This document shows positions 61,462-64,000 of a stretch of 64,000 nt of DNA, in pieces (the stretch's first letter is position 1; each line of letters starts with the position of its first letter). Origin of the DNA: a candidate division FCPU426 bacterium (lineage in GTDB: Bacteria > Oederibacteriota > Muellerivitia > Muellerivitales > Muellerivitaceae). The notes beneath the pieces were generated by a model. That model was given only the letters and a program-made list of their open reading frames with translations. It was not told the DNA's origin and ran no database searches. The position numbers and the translations under genes are program-made. The stretch covers positions 576,001-640,000 of the forward strand of contig CAWCKJ010000004.1 in assembly GCA_963796105.1 (NCBI GenBank), given 5' to 3'.

Positions 61462-62178
61462 ATGTCCCGACGAGTCCTAGCCGGTTTTATTCTCGCGGCC
61501 CTTTTATTCACGGGCTATTCCCCGCCTTCGTCCGGCACCACCCCCGTCAAGCCTTTGGCCCTGCCGGTGGATCTTACCCAATTGCTGGCGCCCCCACCGC
61601 CTCAGGACTCGAATGTGACCAAGGACGAGATCCAGGAAATCCTAAGCTTCCAGAAAGAGCGCACCAAGGCCATGGAAGCGGCCGCCATCGCGGACCAGGA
61701 AAAGAGCGTCTTCCGTTTCGCGGACGTCCTGGGGGAAAAATTCACCCCTGAGAACCTGCCCCTGACCTCGGCCCTTTTCGACAAAGCCGTCAAGGCCGCC
61801 AAAGGAGTGGCAGACCCTGCCAAGATCTTTTTCAACCGGCCTAGGCCCTATGTCCAGGACAAGGCCGTGAAGCCCTGCTGTAAGCTGGAGGAAAACCCTT
61901 CCTATCCCAGCGGGCACGCCACGGCTGGAACCGTCATGGCCATCCTGCTGGCCAATATGGTGCCGGAAAAAAGGACGGAGATTTTCGCCAGGGGCTGGAA
62001 ATTCGCCCTGAACCGCGTCATTGGAGGGGTCCATTACCACAGCGACATTGAGGCGGGCCGCGTCTCCGGAACCGTAATCGCGGCGGCCCTGATGAGGGAC
62101 AAGAAATTCATGGCGGAATTCGGGAAAGCGAATGAAGAATTGCGCTCGGTTTTGGGCCTCTCGGACGGGTCCAACTAA
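61462..62178 (+). CDS. Class A non-specific acid phosphatase (PAP2 family)
   Basis: KIFFNRPRP, SYPSGH and RVIGGVHYHSD motifs; signal peptide. Confidence 0.92.
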   Translation: MSRRVLAGFILAALLFTGYSPPSSGTTPVKPLALPVDLTQLLAPPPPQDSNVTKDEIQEILSFQKERTKAMEAAAIADQEKSVFRFADVLGEKFTPENLPLTSALFDKAVKAAKGVADPAKIFFNRPRPYVQDKAVKPCCKLEENPSYPSGHATAGTVMAILLANMVPEKRTEIFARGWKFALNRVIGGVHYHSDIEAGRVSGTVIAAALMRDKKFMAEFGKANEELRSVLGLSDGSN

Positions 62179-62213
62179 CCGGTTTTCAAAATGCCGCCAT
62201 TAACGCCCAAAAA

Positions 62214-62245
62214 CAAAAACCCCCGGTTCCAGAGAACCGGGGGTT
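62214..62245. terminator. Probable bidirectional terminator
   Basis: AACCCCCGGTTC-CAGA-GAACCGGGGGTT perfect stem between convergent genes. Confidence 0.8.
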
Positions 62246-62275
62246 GAACAACCGCTGATGATTTGGGCTTTTGGC

Positions 62276-62506
62276 TTATTTGCCCGCGACGGGAGTCTCG
62301 ACCGCCTTTTTATCCTTTAAGCAATTTTTCTTCCCTTTGCAAGCCTTCTTATCCTTCTTGCCCCTGCAATCTTTCTTGGTCTTGTCGCAAACCTTTCCCG
62401 TTTTAGCGGACGGGGTGGCAGCGGCGGCGCTTGAAACATCTGCCAAAGCCAGGCCCGCCGATCCCAGGAAAGCGACGGTCAATAATACCGCGAATAATTT
62501 TCTCAT
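62276..62506 (-). CDS. Small secreted Lys-rich protein with four Cys
   Basis: GGAGG RBS; signal peptide ending ALA; C-x6-C-x8-C-x5-C in a Lys-rich tract. Confidence 0.75.
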   Translation of the reverse strand: MRKLFAVLLTVAFLGSAGLALADVSSAAAATPSAKTGKVCDKTKKDCRGKKDKKACKGKKNCLKDKKAVETPVAGK

Positions 62507-62785
62507 GTAAATCCTCCATTGCTTTTCAACGTGATTTTGGGATTAAATCTGCTCCCACCGATTGGACGAAGGCGGGTCCCGATAAGTTACAAAACAAACA
62601 ATCCCCCCGCGTTTTTAATGAAACTAATTGATGAAAACAACGGTTGAGCGATTCCGTGGAACAGGTTATTCTTGCCTCCTGCTCAAGTTCTACCCGGAAA
62701 AACCGTTAGTAATCTTATAAAGTATGAAGGAATCATAGGGAAAAGGCGCCGGGGCCCCAACTTATTTTTCATGGAGAGCCATTCG

Positions 62786-63250
62786 ATGAAATGCGCACAT
62801 TGCGGAACCATCAACGAACCCAAAAACATCCACTGCGTTAAATGCGGGGCGCATTTGCCCTCGGACGCGAAACACGCTCATACAGCTTCCGTCTCGGAGC
62901 TTTACGGCAAGGAAGTGGACCTTCTTTTCTTCATGGAGAAATATACCGGAAAGATCTCCGGTATTGTCAATCCCAGCGAGGACCAGTTCGGCAGGTACCG
63001 CGAGGGCGTCCGCATGAAGTACGTCATCGAGTCCTCCTCCGACTCCTCCCACGACGAGGAAGTGGCGGCTTTGCTGACCTTCATCCGCCAGGGCCAGGAG
63101 TATCTCGGCGAGAAATACGACGCGAACTACTACCACAGTTTCTCGACGGCCGACCTCAAGAAAGAATACCTGCGCTTGTTCGAGCGCATGCTGTTGGACA
63201 AGGAAAAAAGGGATTCTAAATTCCCAGCCCCGCTCCCCATCAAGCCTTAA
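62786..63250 (+). CDS. Zinc-ribbon domain hypothetical protein
   Basis: MKCAHCGTIN..HCVKCGAHL; GGAGAG RBS. Confidence 0.75.
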   Translation: MKCAHCGTINEPKNIHCVKCGAHLPSDAKHAHTASVSELYGKEVDLLFFMEKYTGKISGIVNPSEDQFGRYREGVRMKYVIESSSDSSHDEEVAALLTFIRQGQEYLGEKYDANYYHSFSTADLKKEYLRLFERMLLDKEKRDSKFPAPLPIKP

Positions 63251-63360
63251 ATAAATAATCCCAATCCTATTTTTCAATACGGGCAAAGCTCTATCAGGGG
63301 AGATTTATTTCTTCCGGCTGGCGGGAGACTCGGATGGAACTTATTATCAGGCGGGATTTC

Positions 63361-63780
63361 TCAACTGAACTTGATCATCCGGGGGCATTTGTATTGGCGC
63401 CCCGGGGCGTGGTTGAAATATTTGTCCAGGTAGCACTTCAGGCACTCGCGATCGTTCTCCGGCATCGCGAGGAATTTTAAGCCGGCGCCGGTCCCGCTGG
63501 CCCACTTCGTTTCCGCGTAAGTCTTCAGGGTTCCCTCCCGGCAGGGAACCATCAAATCCAGCTGAATGATATTCCCCTTTTCAATCTTATGGTCCGTCAC
63601 GAGGCACAGCCCGCCCAGGCTCACATCTTTCGTTTTGCCGCTTTTCTCTTTCGCGCGGCGTTCCATGAAACTCTCAATCTCTTTTTCCTCATTCAGCACA
63701 CGGAACTTGACCGGAATTTCCAGGGCATACCTCTCCAGAATCCGCTTTTCCTTGGCAATTGTTAATTTTCCTCTTGGCAT
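63361..63780 (-). CDS. PilZ-domain (c-di-GMP binding) protein
   Basis: EKRILER (RxxxR), DVSLGG (DxSxxG) and GAGLKF motifs. Confidence 0.88.
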   Translation of the reverse strand: MPRGKLTIAKEKRILERYALEIPVKFRVLNEEKEIESFMERRAKEKSGKTKDVSLGGLCLVTDHKIEKGNIIQLDLMVPCREGTLKTYAETKWASGTGAGLKFLAMPENDRECLKCYLDKYFNHAPGRQYKCPRMIKFS

Positions 63781-64000
63781 GTCCTCGGCCTTTTGTGTAT
63801 CCCGGCCGGATAAAACGACGCCGGCACTTGGACCCGACTGAAGGGTTGACTGATTAACATTAGGTCGCTTAGAGGGTTTATTTCATGACGCAGATCATTG
63901 ATTGAACTGATTCCGAGAATTCGGAAGTCGGATTTTTAACAGTTTAAGTTTAACGCTTTAGTTGCCGAATCAACGGCAAGGGGAAACATGGGATTAATAT

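Overview
Bacterial chromosomal window; the gene repertoire resembles poorly characterised candidate lineages such as FCPU426, but that is a weak inference. From left to right: a partial Fn3-repeat secreted protein; a minor-pilin-like operon (an apparently split PilX-like gene, a 1.2-kaa PilV-like pilin, a PilW-like pilin); xth; a GxxExxY/Dabb/toxin-antitoxin patch rich in nested palindromic repeats; a GT-C glycosyltransferase with PA14-like domains; fabI; divergent radC/lexA; a degenerate Y1(HUH)-transposase-like gene beside a 21-bp tandem array interrupted by a complete IS21; glycine-cleavage and lipoate genes (fused gcvPA-PB, gcvH, gcvT, lpdA, lipoyl ligase) broken up by accessory genes; nadE, queD, a non-canonical SRAP; four large Thr/Pro-stalk surface proteins that share modules; a complete IS1595; an acid phosphatase and a PilZ protein. 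No rRNA, tRNA, CRISPR array or reverse transcriptase was seen. Strongest leads: (1) a candidate new SOS box, ATAC-N4-GTAT, present twice at lexA/radC and once over the IS1595 transposase promoter; (2) a ~76-bp double-hairpin mini-element seen at filled and empty sites inside the inverted repeats that flank GxxExxY; (3) a modular head/stalk/anchor surface-protein family; (4) several apparent pseudo-enzymes. All comparisons were made by eye, with no database searches.
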